Below, piece after piece: positions 9,061 through 18,477 of a stretch of 41,943 nucleotides of DNA; positions within the stretch are counted from its first letter, which is position 1, and each line of letters starts with the position of its first letter. The notes under the pieces are model-generated. The model searched no databases. It worked only from the letters and a program-made list of their open reading frames with translations, and was not told where the DNA came from. Where the stretch lies: sequence record SRR22947725_3577, one strand, 5' to 3'. A program made the translations under genes and the position numbers.

Positions 9061-11259
9061 TTAATCTTTTGAAGATTGGTCTTTAGTGATTAGTTTTTCA
9101 AATTTTTGGATATCTTGCTCACTATATTCATGAGTACTGGATGGATCTGATTTTGAATTACTAATAGCGGCATTATTACTTTGTTCTTTATCTATATTAT
9201 TAAATTCTTTTTTAGTTTCATTAGTGGCTTTATTGAAAAGCTCCTCATCAGATGCAGAATAAGCTTCCGTTTTTTTAATTTGTACTGATCTAGAACTGCG
9301 CTTACTGATGTTCAACTCCATTAACTGTTCAAATTGATTAGAATCATTCTGAGAATATTCAATGGAATCACTTAAATCATTAGTAGCCATTGGCTCAATC
9401 TTTTTGCTTTTTTTATTTTTAATTTCTGAAGAGTTTAATATTGAATTGAAATGCTCTTCATCAGTTAAGGAAAAATCTTGATTTTTAGTTTTAACTGAGT
9501 AAACTTTTTCATTGTCTTTTTTGAAATATTTGCTTACGTTGTATCTACTCACATCATTCTCCAATTTATTTTTTTTAGGATGTTCTGATTTATTTGATTG
9601 TTCATCTATTTTTGATTCAAAGCTATCCAATTTAAAACTTTCATCTTTATCTGAATTTTCATTTTGAATATGTCCAAACATAGATTCCAGAATTCCATCA
9701 GCATTTATTTGTTGGTCTACGAATGTTTCAAAGATACTTCCATTCCTGAATACAATTACACGTGAACAAAAACCTATAAATTCTTCAAGTTCACTCGACA
9801 TATATATAACTGAATTTCCATCATCAGCAAACTCTCTGAGTTGTTTATAGAGATCTCTTTTAGTTTGAAGGTCAATACCGCGAGCTGGGTCTAATAAAAC
9901 TAAAGTCTTTGGATGAGAGGCGAATGCACGACCAAGCATTACTTTTTGCTGATTCCCACCACTTAGTGAAGTAATTAAATTCTCTTTAGCGCCAGCCTTT
10001 ATAGCTAATCTTTCAACTTCCCAGTCATAAATATCATTTATTCCACTCCATTCGATTAATCTAACACCAGGGATGTTGGTATTTTGCTTGTACATAGATA
10101 TTGCTAAATTTTCAACAATACTCAGATTTGGTAAAATTCCCTCTCTCTTTCGATCACCTGAAACAAAAGCAATGCCATGTTTTTTTGCATCCTCTAGGTT
10201 ATTAATTGAATAGTAATCCTGTCCATGATTGATACTAACTTCAGTAACACCGTCATTAGCATTTGCAATGCCAGCTAATATGCGGACAAAATCATCTTGA
10301 CCATGACCATCGAGGCCAGTAATTCCAACTATTTCCCCCTTAAGTAGTTTGAAATTAGATTCTTTACTATCAGCCCAAACTCGCATTTTTTGGGTTCTTA
10401 AGGCAACTTGAGAGTGAGAGGTTTTATGAGCTTCTTGTTTAGCCACATCTTTACTTTGATCCTTGCCAGTCATTAACTGTAAAAGATTTTTTTCAGTAAT
10501 TTCACTTTTTTCTAATACCCCAACATCCTTTCCATCTCTCATTACGGTGCATCGATCACTTATTCTTACTAACTCGGCAATTCGATGTGTAACTATTATG
10601 ATTGCTGAACCCTTATCACGTAACTCTCGCATTTTATTAAAGAGACGTTCAGTTGAATCGAAATCTAAGGCAGCAGATGATTCGTCAAGTATAAGTAAAT
10701 CTGGTTCACTTAAGAGACCTCTAGCGATTGTAATCCATGCTTTAGTACTCAGTGGTAAATTCCCTGCAGGCATTAAAGGGTCTATATCTTCATCAGCTAG
10801 TTCACTTAATAAAGTTCTGGCTTTATCTTCTTTGTCTTTATCAGATAAAGTTTTGGAGAAAAAACCATCAATACCTATAAATAAGTTATCGACAATTGAT
10901 GCTTCATCAGCAACAAGAACTTCTTGGAATACCATTGAAACTCCTAAATCACGAGATTCTTTTGGAGTAGATGGGTGATGACCATTAATTGATACTTTTC
11001 CTGAGTCAATTGGTAAGACACCTGCTAAGACTTTAGCTAAAGTACTTTTGCCGCATCCATTGCCACCAATAATTGCATGAATTTCACCAAAATAACCTGT
11101 GAAAGAGACATTATCTAAGGCTTTTGTTACTCCAAATGACTTGTTGACATTCTTAACATGAAGCTCACCAGGAAATTTAGTAAGTGTTTCTGATGTGTTT
11201 GAAACATTATCTTGTAATGTGCTTTCAACTTGATCGATCACTGAAATAAGCCCCTGCAT
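9061..11259 (-). CDS. Sugar-type ABC ATP-binding protein (two NBDs) with about 200-aa low-complexity C-terminal tail
   Basis: GGNGCGKST, ILDESSAALD, VTHR, LSGGNQQKV; second Walker A/B degenerate (GLDGHGQD, LLDPARG). Confidence 0.9.
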   Translation of the reverse strand: MQGLISVIDQVESTLQDNVSNTSETLTKFPGELHVKNVNKSFGVTKALDNVSFTGYFGEIHAIIGGNGCGKSTLAKVLAGVLPIDSGKVSINGHHPSTPKESRDLGVSMVFQEVLVADEASIVDNLFIGIDGFFSKTLSDKDKEDKARTLLSELADEDIDPLMPAGNLPLSTKAWITIARGLLSEPDLLILDESSAALDFDSTERLFNKMRELRDKGSAIIIVTHRIAELVRISDRCTVMRDGKDVGVLEKSEITEKNLLQLMTGKDQSKDVAKQEAHKTSHSQVALRTQKMRVWADSKESNFKLLKGEIVGITGLDGHGQDDFVRILAGIANANDGVTEVSINHGQDYYSINNLEDAKKHGIAFVSGDRKREGILPNLSIVENLAISMYKQNTNIPGVRLIEWSGINDIYDWEVERLAIKAGAKENLITSLSGGNQQKVMLGRAFASHPKTLVLLDPARGIDLQTKRDLYKQLREFADDGNSVIYMSSELEEFIGFCSRVIVFRNGSIFETFVDQQINADGILESMFGHIQNENSDKDESFKLDSFESKIDEQSNKSEHPKKNKLENDVSRYNVSKYFKKDNEKVYSVKTKNQDFSLTDEEHFNSILNSSEIKNKKSKKIEPMATNDLSDSIEYSQNDSNQFEQLMELNISKRSSRSVQIKKTEAYSASDEELFNKATNETKKEFNNIDKEQSNNAAISNSKSDPSSTHEYSEQDIQKFEKLITKDQSSKD

Positions 11260-11354
11260 TGCAACAAATAAAATTACTCTAAGCTAATGGTTATTTATTA
11301 AGAAGGTTTATGTGACCATAAATTCTATCTATAACCATCCAAAAGTATAGGTCT

Positions 11355-11383
11355 AGTTTACTACTATGACATACCATAGTCAA
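11355..11383 (-). promoter_or_regulatory. Sigma70-type promoter for the ATPase-permease-permease-SSS unit
   Basis: Minus strand TTGACT-17 bp-TAAACT. Confidence 0.5.
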
Positions 11384-11390
11384 TAGTATG
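11375..11390. promoter_or_regulatory. Quasi-palindromic operator, copy 1
   Basis: Minus strand CATACTATTGACTATG; 13/16 identical to 18367-18382. Confidence 0.45.
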
Positions 11391-11501
11391 TATATATTTA
11401 TACTTTTATATAAGATTAGCGAGTATTGGTGTTACAATGTTTGATAGAAAAAGTAACATTATTTGTTAGTTAATCTAAGTCTCTTCAATAGTATAAAAAA
11501 T

Positions 11502-12518
11502 ATGATCACACGTTTTGTAAATTATTTTATAAGCATAAAACAATTTTTTATAATCTCGTTTATTAAGGCTGGAGTGCTTCCATGGTTTTTAGGGGTTGCA
11601 TTGTTAACATTCTCATTAACTAGCGATAATTTCTTAACTACTCAAAATATAATGGGAGTTGCTAGACATTCCACTGACCTTATTCTGGTAGCTATGGCAC
11701 AGATGATTGTAATGCTTACTGCCGGACTAGACTTTTCAGTTGGCGTTATTCTTGCGATGACTTCTGTTGTGGCATCAATGACTATGGTCGCATTATGGTC
11801 TGGGTATGGAACAGGCTGGGAGGCAATATTTATAGGATGTTTAGCTGGATTATTAATAGGGGCATGTATTGGTCTTGTTAATGGCCTTGGTGTTGCTTTC
11901 TTAAGGGTTCCTCCCTTCATTATGACTCTTGGGATGTCTTCAATTATTTTTGGTTTAGCGCTTACTATTACTGGTGGTATACCGATTTATGGTGCCCCTG
12001 AATCATTTACTAATACTTTTGGTTATGGCACTTTCCTAGGGATTTCACTATCAATATGGGTGACCTTATTTTTTATTGGAATAGTATATATTTTCTTGAA
12101 TTTGACTAAGATGGGAAGATACTTTTATGCAATAGGAGGAAATGTTAGGGCTGCTGAGTTATCAGGAATTAATATTCGAGTGTATATTGTAAGTGCATAT
12201 GTTTTTTCAGCAATTATAACAAGTATTGCAGCTTTGCTAATTACTGCAAGATTAGAGACTGGTGAACCTAATATTGGCGCTAGCTACCCACTGCTTTCTA
12301 TCGCTGCTTGTGCTATTGGAGGAGTAAGTCTTCTGGGGGGAGTAGGAAGAGTTCAAAATGTTGTTTTAGGAGCGTTCTTTATTATTTTAATACAAAATGG
12401 TATGAACCTTATGAGGGTTGGTTCGTATCTGCAAATGGTTGTGATTGGCGCATTACTAATTGTAGCTATTAGTGCTGAATATTTTCGTCAGCAGATGTTA
12501 ACAACGGTAAAAAATTAG
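11502..12518 (+). CDS. Sugar-type (RbsC-like) ABC permease of the TorT-associated transporter
   Basis: TAGLDFSVG, RVPPFIMTLG, GRYFYAIGGNVRAAELSG, IGGVSLLGGVG; ATG at 11502 preferred over TTG at 11463. Confidence 0.9.
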   Translation: MITRFVNYFISIKQFFIISFIKAGVLPWFLGVALLTFSLTSDNFLTTQNIMGVARHSTDLILVAMAQMIVMLTAGLDFSVGVILAMTSVVASMTMVALWSGYGTGWEAIFIGCLAGLLIGACIGLVNGLGVAFLRVPPFIMTLGMSSIIFGLALTITGGIPIYGAPESFTNTFGYGTFLGISLSIWVTLFFIGIVYIFLNLTKMGRYFYAIGGNVRAAELSGINIRVYIVSAYVFSAIITSIAALLITARLETGEPNIGASYPLLSIAACAIGGVSLLGGVGRVQNVVLGAFFIILIQNGMNLMRVGSYLQMVVIGALLIVAISAEYFRQQMLTTVKN

Positions 12519-12589
12519 TTGTTTTTGAGACTATGAGCTCCCTTAATGCCTTAAGTTACTTTTTTATGTTGTAAGGGCCTAAAAAAAAT

Positions 12590-14650
12590 ATGGGTAAAGC
12601 TCAAAAAAATCTTTTTAATAGACTATCTCTTAATCAAAAAATCTTAGTCTTAATCTTTATCGAAATTATTGGTTTTATTTCATTAATGTTTGTGTCTTTT
12701 GCCCAAATTGATACTGTATCTAGCGAAACAAAAAAAATGTCTTCTATTACTATTCCTTTGATTGAGTCTGTGCATTCTATTGATGAGAGCGTATACAAGC
12801 AAAGTTTAAGCGTAAATGAGTTATTTATAACAACAACCCAAATCGTTAATCAAGATTCAGATAAAACTTCTTTCTATGAAAAATACCTTCAATTATTAGA
12901 TAGTAATTTATTATATGATGCATTTTCACTATCTAGTCAAAAGTTAAAGGAATCCATTGGAGATACTGAGGCCTTTATTAGAAAAGTTAGAAGTGAGGAG
13001 ACTGATGAGAGCGGAATCATTGCCTCTAACCAAGAAAAGTTACTCATAGAGCTCTATGAGTTAAGAATAATAGCCCAGCAATATAATCAACTAGTAATGG
13101 GTAAATTATTTCCTGAAAAGAATTTAGATATTCTAAGTCTTAGAATTGAAGATCTTGATGAAATTTCTATTACTGAAAGCCTCCTTCTCAAGCAGTCTGA
13201 CGAGGTAAATGCCAAACTTCAAAATATCATTAATGCATCTAATGCTGAAATAACTTATGTTCAGCGAATTGCAATTAGTTATATTGTTTTAACTACAATA
13301 ATTTCTCTTATATTTGTTATCTCAATGGTTCTTCTCATTGTTAGGATGAATATTTCAAAGCCACTTCAACTTCTTACTGACTCAATTAATAGGTATACCC
13401 CTTTAAGGAGAGTTACGAAATTTGAAGATGAGCAGAATATATTAGAACGGGAAGATGAACTTGGGAGGATGGGACGAAGTTTTAATAGATTAAAGGAAGA
13501 TTTATGGGAGCAAGGTGTTGGACTCCAAAATGCTAAAGAGGACGCTGATAGGGCAAATAAAGCAAAATCAGTCTTTCTGGCATCAGCAAGTCATGATTTA
13601 CGTCAGCCATTAAATGCAATGCAAATGTATATTGCGGCTTTAAAATCTAAAGTTAAAGACAAAGATGCTCTCACCATTATTGAGGATATCAATTCTGTAT
13701 CTGCATCAACTGCTAGACTTTTAAATGCACTTTTAGATGTCTCAGAATTAGAAGTTGGAGCAATTAAGCCGAGACATGAAGAGTTTCCAATCAATGAAAT
13801 TTTTACCAGTATTTCTCAATCATTTGAGCCACTAGCCAAAGAAAAGAATCTAAGTTTTCGAATTGTTCCTTCTAGTATCTTTGTCAAAAGTGATCCTGAT
13901 TTGCTAGAGCGTATTATTGGAAACTATATGTCAAATGCTATTAGGTATACAGAAACAGGCTCTGTATTGATTGGTTGTCGAAGACGAGGTGATATGGCTT
14001 CTATTGAGGTATGGGATACGGGCTGTGGAATTTCTGAAAACCAAATGCAAAGTATTTTTGAAGACTTTTATCAGATTGAAAATAAAGAGCGTGATCGGAG
14101 TAAGGGCCTTGGCTTGGGATTAGCTCTAGCTAAGCGCTTATCAGTAAGTTTAAATCATAAAATTGAGAGTAAATCTCAGATTGGAAATGGGTCATGTTTT
14201 TCTGTTTTAGTTGAAATTACCAAAATAAGCCGTAGCAATCAAAAAAATGATTATCTTCCGAATGTTATGAACTTAAATGGAATTAAAATCCTCTTAATCG
14301 AAGATGATATTGATGTTTTAAAGTCTACTCAGCAGCTATTAGAGTCTTGGGGATGTATTGTTACTACTGGAAGTGATAAAAATGAGGTTATAGATATTAT
14401 TAAATCTAAAGGTTTTTTAAACCCAGATATTATCATTGCTGACAATCGCTTACCGGGGGATGCCTTTGGTGTTGATGTAGTAAGAACAGTTCAAAAAGAA
14501 CTAAAATCTAAAATTCCAAGTGTTATAGTAACTGGTGATGTTGAAAGAAGCCATGTACAAAGTATCACGGCACAGGGCTTTTCGGTCTTATTGAAACCTA
14601 TACAGCCAGCAAAATTTAGAGCTATAATTTCACACTTAGTCCGATCTTAG
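12590..14650 (+). CDS. Hybrid sensor histidine kinase (TM-periplasmic-TM-HAMP-HisKA-HATPase-REC)
   Basis: Two TM segments, HAMP (REDELGRMGRSFN), ASASHDLRQPL, NAIRYT, WDTGCGI, GLGLGL, C-terminal receiver (IEDD...IIIAD...LKP). Confidence 0.92.
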   Translation: MGKAQKNLFNRLSLNQKILVLIFIEIIGFISLMFVSFAQIDTVSSETKKMSSITIPLIESVHSIDESVYKQSLSVNELFITTTQIVNQDSDKTSFYEKYLQLLDSNLLYDAFSLSSQKLKESIGDTEAFIRKVRSEETDESGIIASNQEKLLIELYELRIIAQQYNQLVMGKLFPEKNLDILSLRIEDLDEISITESLLLKQSDEVNAKLQNIINASNAEITYVQRIAISYIVLTTIISLIFVISMVLLIVRMNISKPLQLLTDSINRYTPLRRVTKFEDEQNILEREDELGRMGRSFNRLKEDLWEQGVGLQNAKEDADRANKAKSVFLASASHDLRQPLNAMQMYIAALKSKVKDKDALTIIEDINSVSASTARLLNALLDVSELEVGAIKPRHEEFPINEIFTSISQSFEPLAKEKNLSFRIVPSSIFVKSDPDLLERIIGNYMSNAIRYTETGSVLIGCRRRGDMASIEVWDTGCGISENQMQSIFEDFYQIENKERDRSKGLGLGLALAKRLSVSLNHKIESKSQIGNGSCFSVLVEITKISRSNQKNDYLPNVMNLNGIKILLIEDDIDVLKSTQQLLESWGCIVTTGSDKNEVIDIIKSKGFLNPDIIIADNRLPGDAFGVDVVRTVQKELKSKIPSVIVTGDVERSHVQSITAQGFSVLLKPIQPAKFRAIISHLVRS

Positions 14651-14663
14651 ATAATCAGAATGA

Positions 14664-16208
14664 TTAGACATTAAGGGAGACTTGGGCTGACTTTAAGAAG
14701 TAATTTTGTATTACTTTTTCACTAGATTCATCTGAATTTATCTCATTACTTAATGTACCCTCATTAATAATATACACCCTCTGAGACAAGTTAACTAATT
14801 CTGTTAAATCAGAAGAAATAAGTAGAACAGCTCCCCCCGATTCACAAAAATCACTTATTAGTTTATATATTGATACTCGAGTGCCAATGTCAACACCAAT
14901 AGTTGGCTCATCAAGAATAAAAAGTTGAACATCTCGAGCAAAACTTTTTGCAAGCATTACTTTTTGTTGAGTTCCACCAGATAGTTGCTCTATTTTATTT
15001 TCAATACCATGATTATTGAAGTTCAGGCGTTGACCAATTTCTTCCACAATATCTTTTTCATTCTTTTTATTCACCATAAATCCAGTTGAAAATTTTGGAA
15101 GACCTAATGAAGGAAGTGAAATATTTTCTCTAATATTCTGTTCCATTATTAGGCCTTCAGCTCTTCTATCTGATGGCATATAAAGCATTCCCCTATCCAG
15201 CATTGCCCTTGGGGTGATATCGTTAATTTGTTGCTCTGAGTCAAAGATAACATCATCTAAATAAGTGATTTTTCCTGATTTAATTTTATTAATACCAAAG
15301 CATGCCCGACCAATGGCAGTTTTTCCAGAGCCAGCTAATCCGGCAAGACCGACAACTTCTCCTGCTCGGACATTGATAGAGACATCTTTTAAATTATTGT
15401 TGCTCACACATAAATTTTTTATATCTAAAAGTTTTCTACCAAATTGATGATTCATTTCAGGGTAAATTTTTTGAATTGCTCTCCCTGTTGCGAGTTCTAC
15501 TAATTTTTTTTCATTGATATTTGAAACTTTATCTGAATTTATGACTTTTCCATCCTGAAGAATAGTTATACGACTGCATATTTTATAAATCTCTTTCATT
15601 CGATGTGTGATATAAATTACACCTATTCCTTCAGATTTTAAAATCTCAATCATTGAGAAAAGATGGTTTGTTTCATTTTCAGCTAAAGAAGCGGTGGGTT
15701 CATCTAAAATCATTATGGATGGTCTTGTATGAAAAGCTTTGGCAATTTCAACCATTCTTTTTTCAGCATGAGATAAATTAATTATTTTTTCTTCTGGCTT
15801 AATTGAGAACTCAAGTTGCTCCATTGTTTCACAGGCCATTTCATGTAACTTTTTTTTGTTAAGAAATAAGCCTTTTGATTTATTTGAGCCTAAAAATAAG
15901 TTCTCTTCTACTGTGAGTTGAGGGACTAAAGAGAATTCTTGAAATACAGCGCTTATTCCAAGTTCTTTTGCATTATGGACTGAATGAATTTTTAATTCTT
16001 CATCATTCAGAATTATCTTTCCACTTGTTGGTTGAAGATCTCCTGTAATGATTTTAATTAGAGTAGATTTGCCGGCACCATTTTGTCCAAAGATTGCATG
16101 GGCTTCTCCAGGATATAAGTCAAAATTTACGCTATCAAGGACAGAAGATTCAAAAAATTTCTTTGAAATATTTTGAAGTTTTAATAAGGGCTTATCTTTT
16201 CTATCCAT
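14664..16208 (-). CDS. Sugar-type ABC ATP-binding protein (RbsA-like)
   Basis: GQNGAGKST, ILDEPTASL, ITHR, LSGGTQQKV, ILDEPTIGVD. Confidence 0.92.
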   Translation of the reverse strand: MDRKDKPLLKLQNISKKFFESSVLDSVNFDLYPGEAHAIFGQNGAGKSTLIKIITGDLQPTSGKIILNDEELKIHSVHNAKELGISAVFQEFSLVPQLTVEENLFLGSNKSKGLFLNKKKLHEMACETMEQLEFSIKPEEKIINLSHAEKRMVEIAKAFHTRPSIMILDEPTASLAENETNHLFSMIEILKSEGIGVIYITHRMKEIYKICSRITILQDGKVINSDKVSNINEKKLVELATGRAIQKIYPEMNHQFGRKLLDIKNLCVSNNNLKDVSINVRAGEVVGLAGLAGSGKTAIGRACFGINKIKSGKITYLDDVIFDSEQQINDITPRAMLDRGMLYMPSDRRAEGLIMEQNIRENISLPSLGLPKFSTGFMVNKKNEKDIVEEIGQRLNFNNHGIENKIEQLSGGTQQKVMLAKSFARDVQLFILDEPTIGVDIGTRVSIYKLISDFCESGGAVLLISSDLTELVNLSQRVYIINEGTLSNEINSDESSEKVIQNYFLKSAQVSLNV

Positions 16209-16235
16209 GGTTTATTTTGATGAATAACTTGTTTC

Positions 16236-17453
16236 TTAGTCGACTGAAAAAACTGGAGACCAGCCTTTGGGTGCAAGGGTGGTAGAGGTATCAAAATTAG
16301 CAGCATTTTTAGGAGTTACAATTAAGATTGGTTGCTGTATGTGTTCAGTTACACGTCCAGTGCTATTAAATTCAGGTCTTCCTCCAGTTGCCATTGTTAA
16401 TCCTTCTGCTAGTCTTACAGCTTGGTCAATTGCAATTTTTGCTTGTGAAATCATTTGATCTGATGGCGCCATTGAGATTAATCCTCTCTTGATAAACATA
16501 TCAATTCCTGGCGTATAGTAGGTTGAAACAAGTTTAATTTTACTTTGGAGTTTGTTTGCTCTAAGTGCACCAACAGCGGCTTCAATAGTTGTCCCTGTTC
16601 CTACTATATATTTAAATTCAGGTTCAGGACCTGAGGCTAAGTTCTGAAGTGCTTCCTGAACTAACTGTAATTGTATAGCTTTACCTGTATCACCCCAATG
16701 CGTTTCAAGTATGTTAATTTTTGTATCTTTTATAGCTTTGAGGCAGCCTATATTAGAGGCAATTGACCATCCCGCAGCGGGAGGTCCAGGAAACCATACA
16801 ATATTTGTTGATTGATCATTATTTCTTTCTTGGTCAGCAACCCATTTGCATGAGGTATACCCCATATCAATGAAGTTTTGTAAAGAGTTGGCATCAATTG
16901 GAGTATTGATACCAGTGACAAGAACAACTACAGGGATTCCTTTAGCCCTGATCATATCGATTTGCTTGGCATTTCCATTGCTCGAAATTGGCCCAATAAT
17001 CAAAGCATCACCGCCGTTAGTAAGGCAGTCATCTACTTGATTTAATTGTGTATCAAGGTTTGTATAGCCACCAGCTTCGAATAAGGTAATTTTTTGGCCA
17101 AGACGTCTACCTTCTCCAATAATTCCATAGGCTACGCCTACCCAATAAGAATCTTTAAGATGAGGAAATGAAACACATATATGATGTTTATATTTCACTT
17201 GTGATGGCTCTAAAGGTCTATACATCTCAAGTGGAAGAGTTTCTAGAGAGTTTCTTTGGTCAGTCCAACATTCTGCATCACCATCAGTACAAGAAAAATT
17301 AAACACATTCACTTCTTGAGACCAGTAATCCTCTTCAGAAGCATGCAATGTGGATATATTAATTAAGGTTAAAAGAATTAATAAGATAAATGAAGATACA
17401 TTGAAAGCTCTTAAGGTATGAAAAAAATTAAAAGTTTCGTTGACATTTTTCAT
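16236..17453 (-). CDS. torT: TorT-like periplasmic binding protein (TMAO-sensing family)
   Basis: ICVSFPHLKDSYW, FEAGGYTNL, FPGPPAAG, APSDQM, PILIVTPKN, LAPKGWSPVF all parallel E. coli TorT; start moved to ATG 17453 to avoid overlap, followed by a hydrophobic signal segment. Confidence 0.85.
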   Translation of the reverse strand: MKNVNETFNFFHTLRAFNVSSFILLILLTLINISTLHASEEDYWSQEVNVFNFSCTDGDAECWTDQRNSLETLPLEMYRPLEPSQVKYKHHICVSFPHLKDSYWVGVAYGIIGEGRRLGQKITLFEAGGYTNLDTQLNQVDDCLTNGGDALIIGPISSNGNAKQIDMIRAKGIPVVVLVTGINTPIDANSLQNFIDMGYTSCKWVADQERNNDQSTNIVWFPGPPAAGWSIASNIGCLKAIKDTKINILETHWGDTGKAIQLQLVQEALQNLASGPEPEFKYIVGTGTTIEAAVGALRANKLQSKIKLVSTYYTPGIDMFIKRGLISMAPSDQMISQAKIAIDQAVRLAEGLTMATGGRPEFNSTGRVTEHIQQPILIVTPKNAANFDTSTTLAPKGWSPVFSVD

Positions 17454-17469
17454 TGTATTGCAATGGAAA

Positions 17470-18162
17470 TTAGGAGATAAGTTCTGAGACTCTTTGCATG
17501 TCAGAATATTTAGCAACTGCTTCAGTTCTGTTTTTTACATCAAGTTTTTTAAATATTGCTGAGACATGCATTTTGATGGTTGGAATGGTTAAATTAAGTT
17601 CAGTTGCAATTGATTGATTTGATTTTCCAATCTTAATTAGGTTAAAAACTTCCTCCTGCCTTTTAGATAAAATCTTAGCTTTATTGAGAGTGTTTGATTG
17701 TTCAACAGATTGTTCTTTTGTAGTGTCAATTTTGGAATTTAAAACGTGAGGAGGTATATATACTCCACCTGCTAAAACAAGTTTTATGGCACTAATTGTT
17801 ACCTCTGGCAAAGAAGTTTTAGGAATATAGCCTGATGCGCCAGAAGAAATAGCCATATGAATAGAGTCAAAATCTTCTTTAACAGAGACAATAACTATGG
17901 GCACACCTGGATAATTTTTAGTGATGTTTTGAATACTTTTTTCACTATCCATGCCTGGCATCATTAAATCCAGCAGTAGAAGGTCGATTGAATTCTCATC
18001 TGAAAGAACTTTTAAAGTTTCATCAAAGCTATTTGTTTGAAATATATCTGAATTTGGAACTGCCATCTTTACAACCAACTCTAAACCACCACGAACTAGG
18101 GCGTGATCATCAGCTATAACAATTTGATAACGAATTGCATTGTCTTGATTTTGTTTTTCCAT
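17470..18162 (-). CDS. NarL/FixJ-family response regulator (REC + LuxR HTH)
   Basis: IADDHALVRGG, LLLDLMMPG, GASGYIPK, LSKRQEEV...GKSNQSIA...TIKMHVSAIFKKL. Confidence 0.93.
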   Translation of the reverse strand: MEKQNQDNAIRYQIVIADDHALVRGGLELVVKMAVPNSDIFQTNSFDETLKVLSDENSIDLLLLDLMMPGMDSEKSIQNITKNYPGVPIVIVSVKEDFDSIHMAISSGASGYIPKTSLPEVTISAIKLVLAGGVYIPPHVLNSKIDTTKEQSVEQSNTLNKAKILSKRQEEVFNLIKIGKSNQSIATELNLTIPTIKMHVSAIFKKLDVKNRTEAVAKYSDMQRVSELIS

Positions 18163-18334
18163 GTCTCAATTAAGTCTCTATAGTAATTAAATATGTAACG
18201 CTTAATCCTTGAGCTAAAAGGGCGTTTCGCATTGATTGTACATGATTTTTTTTATTAATAGGTGGGAGGGACTGCATACTTTATATATGTATACATACGA
18301 ATGGATCTAAATTAATATTAAATACATACTTTTG

Positions 18335-18362
18335 TTGACTATTGAATGCGATATGATATACT
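18335..18362 (+). promoter_or_regulatory. Sigma70-type promoter for the SBP-rhodopsin-flotillin-DMFase operon
   Basis: TTGACT-16 bp-TATACT with TGn extended -10; an alternative TTGCTT-17-TATAAA lies at 18388-18416. Confidence 0.45.
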
Positions 18363-18366
18363 CATA

Positions 18367-18382
18367 TATACTTTAGACTATG
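18367..18382. promoter_or_regulatory. Quasi-palindromic operator, copy 2
   Basis: TATACTTTAGACTATG; matches the minus strand of 11375-11390. Confidence 0.45.
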
Positions 18383-18477
18383 TAAAATTGCTTTAAAGGC
18401 TTTAATAGCTTATAAATCAAGGCATTTATAAAGTAATAAAAACAAGTAATCATACTTGTCAAAAAAAGGAGATAAAA

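Noticed and set aside
9800-10330. Pseudogenisation of the long ATPase because of degenerate second Walker motifs
   Set aside because: One degenerate nucleotide site is normal for RbsA-type tandem ATPases, and the ORF is uninterrupted
17454-17516. Extended N-terminus of the TorT-like ORF
   Set aside because: It overlaps the response regulator; ATG at 17453 gives a more plausible signal peptide
12590-18162. Canonical torSTR TMAO-respiration regulon
   Set aside because: Regulator is NarL/LuxR-type, the kinase lacks an Hpt domain, and torCAD is absent from the window
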